Part shown: piece after piece, positions 23,819 through 36,221 of the stretch
Numbering within the stretch: the stretch's first letter is position 1
Layout of the letters: every line of letters begins with the position of its first letter
The notes under the pieces: model-generated
What the model saw: the letters and a program-made list of their open reading frames with translations, nothing else
Database searches by the model: none
What the model was told of the DNA's origin: nothing
Assembly: GCF_003918875.1 (NCBI RefSeq)
Contig: NW_025767168.1
Location: 2,976,001-3,040,000 of the forward strand
Length of the DNA: 64,000 bases
Source: Haliotis rubra
Lineage: Eukaryota
Direction of reading: 5' to 3'
Position numbers and translations under genes: made by a program

Positions 23819-26800
23819 GTCTGGCCATACCTTTAACAGTATATTGGTTATATTGTGATGTGTTAGCTTGATGTTGTTGGAAAGCCCACAGTGGTCCAGG
23901 TCTCAGATATTAATCACTTTTGATATTGAGTGAGTGATTGAGAACAGTTTTACACAGCTTTTAGTAATATTCTAGCAATATCAAAGCAAAAACAGTTAAA
24001 ATGTCAACAGTTTAAAAAGCAAAGACAGCCACAAAACAAAAATATATTTTCTGCACAAAAAATCCAACCTAAGAATCAGCTCTAACAAATTGCACAAACA
24101 TCCTCCTCACAACATCACTGCAACAAGAGCCCTGCACTTGACTTTGGGTTGGATGAGCTAATATAACTGTATTTCAAGGGCGAAATATTGAGATGGATGT
24201 TTGGAAAAGTACCAAAGAAGGAGATCAAAGTGGAAGGGATGATGCTCAGAAATATACAATTACTGATAAAAGAATACATGTGATGACAACTTACAAGTTT
24301 CAGCTCCCCTATGAACTCCACCTATCCCCCCGGTAACGAAGATGGGAATGCCCATCTTGTGAGCAACCAGCATTGTGCCTGATACTGTTGTACCACCACT
24401 CTGTCCCTGAAAAACAACCACCACTGGTTGTCAAGTATAATCACCTCATTCCACTACATCATGGCGATGTAATGATCTAACAAGAGAGCGCCACCTGTAA
24501 TGGCGACGGGTAGACGTGGGTAACATCATGGGGATAGAGATCGAACATCATGGGGCTCGTATTGGTCTGAATGTACAACCCACCAAGAAGAAACGTCTAT
24601 GTGTACATGGAATTAAACTTCGCGGGTTTTTTGTGCCCGACAACAGTTACAGCACATTTTGATGTGCATAGCTGTCCTGTTACTTATGAGCGGCAACGTG
24701 GAGAGCAACCCCGGACCACGCCCGACCAGGTTACAGCTATTCTGCAAAGCATACAGGCCAACCTACAGTCTCTACACAGTCAGTTTGATAAATTTGAGAA
24801 AACCATTGAAGATATTAAGAAAGATCAAAACGAGATGTGGAAAATTATAGAAAAACTTGAAGAGGAAAATATATCCTTATCTAACAAACTGGAAAACCTT
24901 GAATCACAATCCCGAAGAGACAATCTGATATTCTTTGGAATAAACGAAAACGCAAATGAAAATTGGTCCGAAAGTGAAGAAAAAGTTAATGAATTTTTAA
25001 AGGAAAAACTCAAATTCAGTGAGAGTGAAGCAGCACGCGTGAGTGTGGAGAGAGCTCATAGACTGCCCACAAGGCACACTCCCCGGCCAATTATAGTTAA
25101 GTTTTCCTCATACAAGTGTAGAGAGCAGGAGGGTGGGGTGGGGGTTTTCCCAGCAATTTTGTACATAAAATTATATAAAAAATTATGCTTAAAACTTATG
25201 AGTACGGAGGGAGGTCATTGATTTTGTACATGACATGGGGGTGGGTGGGTGGCACTTACTTTGTACATAAATTTGGGGTGGTGGGGTGTCATTCACATTG
25301 TACATGCTTCTCCATAAAAATCATCATCATCCCTCCTAGTTATACATTAAGAACCGTCCCAAAATATGTGTCAAATGCAAGCGTCGAAATTAACAGACGT
25401 TAATACGCTAAATACCTTGAAAAATTCATAACAGCATTCAATTTTTTAATAAAGGACCACTTTTTACCGTCCAGTGATTTTGGTGATTTAAGCAGAAATT
25501 TTTTGAAAATGGTCGTATAAAAACATCGTCAATCTTGAAAATTTTAATATAAATTGTATATCTATATAATTATACTATCTCACGGTATGCACTCCTCTCT
25601 CTTGATTCGACACTGAGTGGAACGATGTAAACTTTTTTCCCAAGGCTAGTCTTGTCTATCCGCCCAAGCACTCCATGCTACCCTCATTATAAGACAGCTT
25701 CCTTGCTCTCATGCAAAGCATGCGCCATGCATCACTAGCTGCCCACGTGGCTATCTCCGAATCATCATTCTCATTCTTGGAACCACTGGATAATATCCCA
25801 CTTGGAGAATCTGGATAGCGGGGAGGATGGGCGGGAATCCGTCGCGTGAGATAGGATAAGTATATAAATATACAATTTATATTAAAATTTTAAACTTATT
25901 CTATCTCACGGTATGCACTTATCCCACGGTCGGACGGCGGGACGCAGATACCCTGTGTCTTGACAGTGCGAACAGCAGGAACTGTGTAGAGTGGAAATGA
26001 CCGTAGATAGCGATGCACAAGTGTGGCCTGTTACACATGCACGCAACTCATATGCTTGTGCTGAGTTCTCTTGAACTCCTTGGCTTACTAAGCACAACGT
26101 CTCCCAGGGAGAAGGGTGCTCCCGAGCAATGTGTTCGGCCGCAACCTCCGGTGGAAGTCCGATGAGCAGAAGTGATGGCCATAGCCACTCTCCGTGAATA
26201 CCCCTTGGCGATTAAGGACTTCTGCAGATGTGCCAAACGTGCAGAGACGGTGTGAAGGGAAACATGACGCCGATCTGAGTGAGGGTGTAACAGTATGTCG
26301 TCCCGATCGGGAAGAGGAACTGGGTTTAGGTCTGCGACCTGTGCGAGATCGACAAACCAACTCCTGACTGGCCAGTAAGGCGCGACCAAAATCTGCTTGG
26401 TCGCTCGGAGTTTCTGGATTACTCTGGGTAGAAGAGCTGGAGGGGGAAAGGCATAAGCGTTGAGTCCAGCCCACGAAATCGCCAGAGCGTCGAGATCCCA
26501 CGCTAGTTGGTCTGGTATCGGCGAGACAAACTGCGGGAGCTGATGGTCGACTTGGGGCATTGATAACGGGAAGACCAGTTCCCGAAAGATCTGTGGATTT
26601 AACTGCCACTGCGTGGGAGACGGCCGTTAGGAACGGGACAGCGCATCTGCGATGACATTCCTGACTCCAGGAATGTGTCTGGCTCGAGCATCGATGGCAA
26701 GGGAGTCGATCAGATAGAAGAACCGAAACGCCAACTGAACAAGGTTCGCCGAACCCGTCGACCCGAGATGGTTGATGTACCAAACGACCATGGAGTTGTC

Positions 26801-29800
26801 TGTCTGAATCAGCAGGGAGGACCCCCGAAGTTCCATTGCCCAATGTCGAATGGCGAGAAGAACCGCCAAGAACTCGAGTTCGTTGATGTGCAAGTCCTGT
26901 TCTGCGGACGACCACAGCCCGGCTGTCTGATGATGAAGAAAGTGAGCCCCGATTTTGAGCGACACGTCAACGAACAAGTGGTGCGTTGGAATGAACGGCA
27001 TCAAACAAACTCCGGCGCAAACGTTCTGTTCAACAAGCCACCACTGAAGAAAAGGACGTAAGGGTTCGGGAAGACGAATCAACTCCTGGAGATTCTCTGA
27101 GACGAGATACGGATGCAGGAAACGCTGCAACAGACGCAGTTGCAATTGTCCCCACCGTGTCAATGCCTGTGCCGATGTCAAGAGGCCCAAAAGTTCCTGT
27201 CACTGTCGTAAGGTCCTGGCCTGCGACAGTGCTAACGGAACTAGTCGTTGAATCTTCAGCCACCTGTCTTGGGGGACGAAAATCAGGCACTGGTGCGTGT
27301 CGAAAGTTGCTCCAATGAATTGAAGGGTCTGGGTCGGTGTTAGTTCTGACTTTGCAGCGTTTAACAACCAACCTAGTTGCCGGAGTAGCTTCGTACTGAA
27401 CTCCAACTGACGGTGAAGAACGACTGGGTCTCTCTGTGCCTGGATGCAGTCGTCTATGGAACTTTCGAACACGACCCCGTGGAGATGAAGAAACCTGGTG
27501 ATCGGCTTGGTGATTCTGGTAAATAGCCACGGGCCGTGGAAATTCCAAAATGCAGGAGGGTCCATTGATAATGGATCTCTTGGAATACGAATCGGAGGAA
27601 TTTCCGCGAATCCGGATGAATGGGCACATGAAGATAAGCATCTTGAAGGTCTAGGCTGACAAGAAAATCCCCTTCAGGATGGTGCGAAGAAGGACGATCG
27701 ATACCATCCGGAAGTGAGGTGGGCGCTGGAGAAAGTGGGCATTGAAAAGTTTCATGTTGAAAATGAGTCTTAGTTTTGTGGAGTTTTTCTTGGGAACCAG
27801 AAAGATGAGTGCTGGGCGCCGGACCGAGAGATTGGACTGCACATTTCTCTATGAGCGTACCTATGGCGGAGTGAAGAACCTGGACCTGGTCCGCTAGGTA
27901 GCTGCAGTGTACTGGATGCACTGTCAGCAGCGGACGTCCGATGACTGGAAGGTGATAGCCTGTGGCGAGGAGGTCGGTCACGAAAGGATCGTCGAGTACG
28001 GTCCAGTTGGGAGCGAACCTCCCTAGTCTCCGCCCACTGAAGAGTCGTAAATGGGGACGGCTGGAGGCGGCAGTTCCCAGTCGTGCCCTTGTTTCGACCA
28101 GTCACTGCTTGGGGGCCCCATTCCCAACCCGGGAGTCAGACTTGGGAGGACATCGGGAAGAAGTGCCACGGGAGGACCTACTACCTCTAGCTCGGGACGA
28201 ATGGCCACAAACACCCTGACGCAGTTCCGGATGAAATGTCACGAACCGTGGAGGCCTTCTCTGTATCATGGAAATTTGCAGATGAGACTTCTGGAGTTTC
28301 AATAATTCCACCGAAACTTGAAATTGAGTGTCCCGATCCACCTTTGTCGAAACTTCCCCAATCATGCCATTAAACATGGATTCTGCAGACCACGGTTGAC
28401 GGAAGAGTTCAGCCTTAAACCTGTCATCCCATGAAGACAAATTGAGTGGGCCGCGACGTCAAACTGCCAGGAGATAGCCAAGGAATTGAGACAGCTGGTC
28501 AGGTACGATCTGAAATTGGTCCAGTATAAGGGACATACAGCCTCTGATGTAAGCATCCTGATCGGTGAAAGAGTGCTCCACTGATGCAGCAACCGCGTCC
28601 ACCGCCGAGATGATGCAATTGATCAAGGGTAAGGAACGACGAATAGCTTTGTCCATGTGAGACAGTTCTCTATCCTCAACTAGAAAAGCTGAACAAGTCC
28701 TGTTTCCGCAAAGTGTTTGGACATCCTCATCCACCGAAGGGGTAGTAGCAAAGGTCTGGAAACCATGGGAGTGAGCTGCTGGTAGCAAAACCTAGGCGAA
28801 GACAGACCATCCTTAATCCGTTTAAGGCTTTTAAAGGCATGATCCAAGGATGTAGTGAGATGAGCAAGACAAGGCCAAGGTAGGAAGGTAATAGATGTCA
28901 AGTCTCGTTGTCTCATGGAGAAGGAATGAGATAAATCCCCCGGGTTCTGTGACATAGGGAGGTGGAGTTTCTCCACTATCCAAGCTAAAACTTGAGGTTT
29001 ATCGACAAAATCCAAACTTCCCTCTGGAGAATCCACAACCGAATGTGCTCGAGACGTAGGATCAGGTGGAACACTAGGACTAGAGGCCGTAACAGATGGT
29101 CCGAGGGAAGGAGCATTCCCCATAGAGTGAGCAGCCTGTTGTTGATTCCAAGTAGTAGTAAGAGCACTTAACATCGCAGCCAGATCTTGGGGAGGAGTAG
29201 TTTCCTGTGCAGGAGTCCAGGAATCTGGTACAATCCGAGCAAAGAGATGCGAGGAGGCAGGAGTCCCGTCAGAAGTCATAGCACGCTGAGATCGCAACTC
29301 GGAAAACCGTTGATTAGATCAACGATCCGTAGAACCATTTCTACGTCTGGAGGGGGACGAACCGTGAGAGGATACACAAATGATGACCCGCTGAAGAGAA
29401 CGGGAGATATCACAACGATAACGACGATCCCAGGACGATAGGCAGCAGTCAACCATGTAGGAGATCTAGGTTGACGGGTCGAGTGCGCAGAACCGGAAGT
29501 CTCATGACGAGAAGACGAATTCCGAGGAGGTGACTTGGAACGATGAATCGATCTCAACGAAGCAGAGGGAGGCGGGGTGCTTAGTTGAACGCTTAATGTG
29601 TCAAGAGTGGCGCCTCGGCGATGAAGTAGACCTATCAGGTCTATCCGTGCACAAATCTGAATAATAATAGGAGACTGATCCAGACGACTCGGTGAAAGCT
29701 GCGTCTGTGCTGAGGAGGTGTGACTGTAGGATCCAACAGAGTTCGGGGAAGTACTCAGATGATCCAGAGAGAGGCATTCCGCAGAATACCGCTTGGAAGA

Positions 29801-32800
29801 AGGCCGTTTCGGCGAAAGTCTATTCACCACATGCCATTTTGGTGAACATTGTTTCGACGAAGTACGATTAGGTGAAGTCTGTTTAGCAGACGATCGATCC
29901 GGAGAATGCTGACTCTTAGACTGGTGTTTCGATGAAGACCGGTTCGCCGAAAGCTGTTTCAGTGAGAGCCAGTCCCATTCTGGGGAACGCCTCTCGAAGG
30001 CAAGATCCTTGCATTTATCGCAACGACAGTCCCGCTTTACACTGTCCCATACACAATTCCCATGTGGATCACTTGCTGAGAACACTTTATTACACCGGGA
30101 GTATTTTTTCCTCTTCTTTGGCTGGTCAACTTTCCCCATGTTGTAGACTAAGTGGAAAAGGTTGAGCAAAGCAAAATACATCCACACTTGTGTGCGACAA
30201 GAAAGAGAATGATGATTCGGAGATAGCCACGTGGGCAGCTAGTGGTGCATGCCGCATGCTTTGCATGAGAGCTAGGAAGCTGTCTTATAATGAGGGTAGC
30301 ATGGAGTGCTTGAGGCCTAGGGAAAAATCTTTACATCGCTCCACTCAGTGTCGAATCAAGAGAGAGAAGTGCATACCGTGAGATAGGATAAGTTTAAAAA
30401 TATACTCAGTTTGGAGTAACTTTCCTTTATTTATTGACAACAATTAAAGAAGAATTCTGAAATATAAAATCCACAGTACTTATAGCCAATCACATGCTTA
30501 GTATAACATCAGGATTTTCAGATTTAATGATGGTGGACCTTAGCAACCGCATGCATTTGTCAAATTTGGCATTTATGATCGAACATTATTACAAATAATA
30601 TGATAACAAACTACTTAAAACGAAGGGTGTGAAGGGGAAAGTGGTGAGGAATTTTGGAATTATTTTTATGTTTTTGCTTATTGAAATTTCGTTTAGCTTG
30701 AAGCTTAAGCAGTCTTTTGCTTTTGCTTTAAAAAGTTAGTTCTAACCCTGAAATGGTTTATATAGGAGAGGAATGACTCTAACAACAAACAGTCAGAGTA
30801 AACAATGCACCCTGTAAACTGAGACAATGGCCAATGTCAACTGTTGATAAACTGTAGCTTAATTTCAGAAACAGGGAAGCAGCTAGAGACATTTCAGGTT
30901 CTCTAGCCCAACAAAACATTTAGTAGCTGTGGGCCAATGGGCAGTCAAATAATTCCCACAGTGTAGGGATGTACTGATTGAATAAACTATTAAATGTTTC
31001 TATGGCCTACCTGTATTCAATCACAAGTAAAACTATCAAGAGTTGGAGATGAACTAAAGGCCCTACTTAACATCGCAGCCAGATCTTGGGAGGAGTAGTT
31101 TCCTGTGCAGGAGTCCAGGAATCTGGTACAATCCGAGCAAAGAGATGCGAGGAGGCAGGAGTCCCGTCAGAAGTCATAGCACGCTGAGATCGCAACTCGG
31201 AAAACCGTTGATTAGATCAACGATCCGTAGAACCATTTCTACGTCTGGAGGGGGACGAACCGTGAGAGGATACACAAATGATGACCCGCTGAAGAGAACG
31301 GGAGATATCACAACGATAACGACGATCCCAGGACGATAGGCAGCAGTCAACCATGTAGGAGATCTAGGTTGACGGGTCGAGTGCGCAGAACCGGAAGTCT
31401 CATGACGAGAAGACGAATTCCGAGGAGGTGACTTGGAACGATGAATCGATCTCAACGAAGCAGAGGGAGGCGGGTGCTTAGTTGAACGCGAATGTGTCGA
31501 AGAGTGGCGTCTCGGCGATGAAGTAGACCTATCAGGTCTATCCGGTGCACAAATCTGAATAATAATAGGAGACTGATCCAGACGACTCGGTGAAAGCTGC
31601 GTCTGTGCTGAGGAGGTGTGACTGTAGGATCCAACAGAGTTCGGGGAAGTACTCAGATGATCCAGAGAGAGGCATTCCGCAGAATACCGCTTGGAAGAAG
31701 GCCGTTTCGGCGAAAGTCTATTCACCACATGCCATTTTGGTGAACATTGTTTCGACGAAGTACGATTAGGTGAAGTCTGTTTAGCAGACGATCGATCCGG
31801 AGAATGCTGACTCTTAGACTGGTGTTTCGATGAAGACCGGTTCGCCGAAAGCTGTTTCGTAGAGAGCCAGTCTAATTCTGGGGAACGTCTCGAAGGCAAG
31901 ATCCTTGCATTTATCGCAACGACAGTCCCGTTTACACTGTCCTATACACAATTCCCATGTGGATCACTTGCTGAGAACACTTTATTACACCGGGAGTATT
32001 TTTTCCTCTTCTTTGGCTGGTCAACTTTCCCCATGTTGTAGACTAAGTGGAAAAGGTTGAGCAAAGCAAAATACATCCACACTTGTGTGCGACAAGAAAG
32101 AGAATGATGATTCGGAGATAGCCACGTGGGCAGCTAGTGGTGCATGCCGCATGCTTTGCATGAGAGCTAGGAAGCTGTCTTATAATGAGGGTAGCATGGA
32201 GTGCTTGAGGCCTAGGGAAAAATCTTTACATCGTTCCACTCAGTGTCGAATCAAGAGAGAGAAGTGCATACCGTGAGATAGGATAAGTTTAAAAATATAC
32301 TCAGTTTGGAGTAACTTTCCTTATTTATTGACAACAATTAAAGAAGAATTCTGAAATATAAAATCCACAGTACTTATAGCCAATCACATGCTTAGTATAA
32401 CATCAGGATTTTCAGATTTAATGATGGTGGACCTTAGCAACCGCATGCATTTGTCAAATTTGGCATTTATGATCGAACATTATTACAAATAATATGATAA
32501 CAAACTACTTAAAACGAAGGGTGTGAAGGGGAAAGTGGTGAGGAATTTTGGAATTATTTTTATGTTTTTGCTTATTGAAATTTCGTTTAGCTTGAAGCTT
32601 AAGCAGTCTTTTGCTTTTGCTTTAAAAAGTTAGTTCTAACCCTGAAATGGTTTATATAGGAGAGGAATGACTCTAACAACAAACAGTCAGAGTAAACAAT
32701 GCACCCTGTAAACTGAGACAATGGCAATGTCAACTGTTGATAAACTGTAGCTTAATTTCAGAAACAGGGAAGCAGCTAGAGACATTTCAGGTTCTCTAGC

Positions 32801-35800
32801 CCAACAAAACATTTAGTAGCTGTGGGCCAATGGGCAGTCAAATAATTCCCACAGTGTAGGGATGTACTGATTGAATAAACTATTAAATGTTTCTATGGCC
32901 TACCTGTATTCAATCACAAGTAAAACTATCAAGAGTTGGAGATGAACTAAAGGCCCTTGCTTAATGGGTATCTGTTATTTGGGCTTCAACTAGTACAGTA
33001 ATTAAGTTGGTCTGACCTCACAATACTTATAATACCCATACCAGTCACCCAAACAGGTGTTTTTCAGGCTTAATGATGTCCTAACAGACCCCTACCTGAG
33101 AGAGGACGACTGGGAAGTCTCTGCGTGATGTTTTCACCAGTCCATCTCGGGACCCCAGCCATTCAAGTTCACTACTGGTCAGGCCTGGAGGGGAAAGTAT
33201 AACACATTTGAAATGTTCCTTGTCTTTCTCCTCTCAAATGTTTTTTTTAAAGATTCATATGAAAACCATTTCTTCTTGGGATTCATTGACCTGTGAAGAG
33301 GTCCGGGTTAGAATTGATCTTCGGAATCGGGTGGTCAGGCTCGATGACTGGGTTGACACATGTCATCGTATCCCAATCGCGTAGATCGATGCTCATGCTG
33401 TTGATCATTGGATTGTCTGGTCCAGACTAGATTATTTAAACCTTGTGTGATTATGTAAACCTTGTGTGGGGATTCCTGCTTAGAATCGATCATCAGTAGA
33501 CTAAACATATTGGAAGAGGACAGTTAGTGAATTGGGTGGTCTATTTGGATGACTTGGTTGAATATGTCATTGTGACCTGACAGCATGGTTTATGCTCATA
33601 AGTCTTACTACCATTTTGTTTCATCAAGGCTTCATATTTACAGGTAACATGGCTGGATTATTGTTGAGTTTGCGATAAATGTGAAATCAGCAAAGCATAG
33701 ATCTCCACCTTCCAACGGAGATTCCAGGTAAGACTATACGTCCCAGCCCTCAGGTTATCAATCAATGGATTGTCTGGTCTAGGCATGGTTATTTACAGAC
33801 ATGCCACCATATAGCTGGAATATTACTAAGTGTGGTGTTAAACAACAAAGAAACTACTCGGAACTCACCCACATGAACCTGTCCTTTAATGACAGCCACT
33901 GTGGCAGGAACACTGCCATTTTGTCGAATGATATCTTCCACTGCCTTTGCTGTTCTGTAAACAATTACAACTGAACCATGAAATGTGCACATCACTCACC
34001 ACTGATGTACTGTACAGACTGACTGAGTTTGGTTTTACGCCGCTTTTAGCAATATTCCAGCAATATCACGGCGGGGGACACCAGAAATGGGCTTAACACA
34101 TTGTGCCCATGTGGGGAATCGAACCCCGGGTCTTCGGCGTGACGAGCCAACGCTTTAACCACTAGGCTACCCCACCGCCCCCTGTACTGTACAGAACAAC
34201 AATTTCAACTTCTACATGTCCCAACAACAATGTTACATAAAGTCATCTAATACCTTCATATGTTGTGTGCCTGATACACAATATGCACAGAATCTACAAA
34301 ATCAATGTATCAATAATTTACCATCTATTCTTTAAATGATTATGAGCACCTGCAATACACCTTTGAGTGAGTGAGTGAGTTTAGCTTTACACCGCTTTTA
34401 GCAATATTCAAGCTATATCACGGCGGGGGACACCAGAAATGGGCTTCACATATTGTACTCATGTGGGCAATCGAACCCGGGTCTTCGGCATGACGAACGA
34501 ACGCTTTAACAAGTACGCTACCCCACCGCCCCAATACACCTTTGACCTCCAATGCACATGGTCATGATGATGCCAGACTTGGGGGGCAATGGCACACCCG
34601 GAGAGTGAGTGAGTGAGTGAGTGAGTGAGTGAGTTTAGTTTCACGCCACACTCAGCAATATTCCAGCTATATGGTGGCGGTCTGTAAATACTCAAGTCTG
34701 GACCAGACAATCCAGGGATCAACAACATGAGCATCGATCTGTGCAATTGGGAACTGATGACGTGTGTCAACCAAGCCAGCGAGCCTGACCACCCGATCCC
34801 GTAAGTCGCCTCTTACGACAAGAATGGGTTACTTAAGGCTCATTCTAACCCAGACCTTCACGTGTCACACCTTGAGAAGATTGTTGGTAATACACCATAA
34901 CATTCATATCATCGTTTGTCTAATAATTCCTCACACAGGTCCCAAACCGTCTACAACTTACGATACGTTGTCGGGGTAAGGCATGCCATGGGTTATTATA
35001 GTGCTCTCCAGGGCAACAACAGGTTTCCCAGAATGCATTGCATCCTCCACTTCTTGCGACACTTGCAACAGGCCTGAGAGGAACACAGAAGGTTCATTTG
35101 TATTACGTCTTCAGAGTAAATTCAGATGGAGTATCCACCGTTACTTTCTGTTAATTATAAAGGCAGATTGACATCTTAGGCCCCAGAGTAACGTCGTACT
35201 TAAGAATATTTCTCTCATATGACGACGTGCATGCGTGGATGTGTGGCTGCTTGTACTATCCCAGACTTAAGCTGGTTTTATAGTGCTAGCTCACTGAGAT
35301 ACCTTGCTGAAGTTAAGCATGAATACCCCACTCAGACACATTATACAACCAGTCCTTGTTATACCCAACAATGCCTAGCGCCAGGCAGGGACCATAAAGT
35401 ACCATACTTCAACATCTTTTGGTATGACATGACCAGGCATCGAACCCGCAAGCTTCCGCTCTCAGGGCTGGCGCTCTAACCACAACACCATGGAAGCAGT
35501 TTAATAACTGATTAACTGAGTGAGCGAGCTAGGTTCAACACCCCTTTGAACACTTTTCAAGTTATATCACAATATGTCGGTTTGTTGTTTAACCCTGCAC
35601 TCAACAATATTCCTGCTAAATGGCAGTCGTCTGTAAATAATCAATTCTGGACCAGACAATCCAGTGATCGGCATCATGACCATCAATCTACGCAATTGGG
35701 ATATGATGACATGTGTCAACCAAATCAGCGAGCCTGATTACCCGATCCTGTAGGTCGCCTCTTACGACATGCATGGGTTGCTGAAAATGATTAGTCTAGA

Positions 35801-36139
35801 TGTATATGGTTTGGAATTCAAAACCACAATAAACATTTTCAGCATGTTGAAGGGAAACAACTCTGCATGACAGGACCACCAGTGCACCTGATGAAGAATA
35901 TGATAATAATGCATAAAGAAGTGGATATATCAGCTTAAATAGCTATTATTTATTTACTAACTACAGTAATGCTAAGTATGAAAAGTCACATCTATACACA
36001 TACCATTTTTACTAACAGCTGATCCATGACTCAGTTTGTGTTTATGTACGGAGGGACATATGTTGCTTTTATATCCCGATATTTTCCTGGCAATCAGCCG
36101 TGACAACTGCTGCCCTCTGGTGCCGGTGATCAGGGACAT
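12820..36139 (-). CDS. Bifunctional pseudouridine-5'-phosphate glycosidase (PsuG/IndA-like) plus PfkB-family pseudouridine kinase; 18 coding exons, about 740 aa; exon 6 disrupted in this sequence
   Basis: Exons 36139-36004, 35073-34962, 33954-33869, 33184-33096, 24406-24295, 23689-23554, 23129-23003, 22421-22301, 20652-20567, 19932-19787, 19371-19312, 18847-18686, 17334-17206, 16626-16512, 15961-15818, 14755-14583, 13823-13729, 13036-12820. PsuG motifs: [75 protein letters not shown]. PfkB motifs: [37 protein letters not shown]. All phases match except exon 6. Confidence 0.9.
13525..13690 (+). mobile_element. SINE family A
   Basis: Full length; TSD ctgtaagtg. Confidence 0.85.
14804..15160 (-). 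mobile_element. tRNA-derived SINE family B (Meta/MESC-like core)
   Basis: tRNA head accgcctccgtg..tagtggttagagcg..gggttcgatcccc; core tgcctggcgctcggcattaatggg..ggctcgggagtcagtataatgtgtctgagtgggg; (cacct)n tail. Confidence 0.85.
15334..15597 (-). mobile_element. SINE family A with a 5'-truncated opposite-orientation copy nested inside it (about 15370-15458)
   Basis: Two family-A bodies in inverted orientation; tcgct(t)ttagc is duplicated around the inner copy. Confidence 0.8.
16115..16420 (-). mobile_element. SINE family B, 5'-truncated, with an expanded (CACCT)n tail
   Basis: Same body as 14804-15160; (gaggt)n run at 16115-16218. Confidence 0.8.
16874..17035 (+). mobile_element. SINE family A
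   Basis: Head, body and tail present; TSD ctctaacaacca. Confidence 0.85.
17322..18211. repeat. 60-bp minisatellite, 15 units, each containing the exon-13 splice acceptor of the PsuG/K gene
   Basis: Unit on the minus strand: cgatgttcggtggcatacac(tg/aa)catctgagttgtccttgtgttgcag|gatctgtctgggg. Confidence 0.95.
18225..18690. repeat. About 26-bp minisatellite (ccaccctgacaccatgttaaccctct) abutting the exon-12 donor
   Basis: Degenerate tandem units are visible. The minus-strand unit contains acatg|gtg, as in the real donor. Confidence 0.9.
18869..19033 (-). mobile_element. SINE family A, young subfamily
   Basis: Full length; TSD cacaaaattaga. Confidence 0.9.
21643..22272. mobile_element. Crypton-like non-autonomous element with a long terminal hairpin
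   Basis: Starts with an attctgattggctga motif and ends in a palindrome with a ~60-bp stem (22140-22269). The same architecture occurs at about 6300-6872. Confidence 0.5.
23698..23815. repeat. (GA)n microsatellite forming the polypyrimidine tract of PsuG/K exon 6
   Basis: Directly visible and adjacent to the acceptor at 23690. Confidence 0.9.
24528..25130 (+). mobile_element. Non-LTR retrotransposon ORF1 fragment (coiled coil plus L1-type RRM) with an N-terminal 2A-like motif
   Basis: [18 protein letters not shown]...VERAHRL...PRPIIVKF matches the Transposase_22/L1 ORF1-like pattern. Upstream, frameshifted segments read [13 protein letters not shown] and [14 protein letters not shown]. The element is 3' truncated. 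Confidence 0.8.
25540..30400 (-). mobile_element. DIRS1-type tyrosine-recombinase retrotransposon, degenerate, with the YR core deleted, in intron 4 of the PsuG/K gene
   Basis: Inverted terminal repeats at about 25575-25771 and 30205-30388; ICR at about 25846-25920. Frameshifted gag-like ORFs at 30187-28100. RT motifs [20 protein letters not shown], and SIDD at the YxDD position. RNase H motif [33 protein letters not shown] methyltransferase-like motif [19 protein letters not shown]. Confidence 0.9.
29166..32957. repeat. Tandem 1.9-kb duplication (29166-31064 / 31065-32957) covering the DIRS 5' part, its ITR and about 660 bp of host intron
   Basis: The copies are near-identical, differing mainly by 1-nt indels. 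The junction is ggccct|acttaacatc. Confidence 0.9.
34017..34182 (-). mobile_element. SINE family A, young subfamily
   Basis: Full length; TSD tgtactgtacaga; near-identical to 18869-19033. Confidence 0.9.
34364..34532 (-). mobile_element. SINE family A
   Basis: Full length; TSD caatacacctttga. Confidence 0.9.
34603..34866 (-). mobile_element. SINE-like family C, full length
   Basis: Colinear with 44692-44935 and begins at the same 5' position. Confidence 0.8.
35200..35500 (-). mobile_element. SINE family B, diverged
   Basis: Colinear similarity to 43777-44134. Confidence 0.75.
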
Positions 36140-36221
36140 CACTATATGTTCCCATCAGACCTGCAGACAAATTGACATTTTAAAGTTTTAATCGTACCAC
36201 CATCCAAAAGGAGAAAGAAAT

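Noticed and set aside
26048-26560. DNA adenine methyltransferase-like motif as a sign of a bacterial system
   Set aside because: It is the known MT-like domain following RNase H in DIRS pol.
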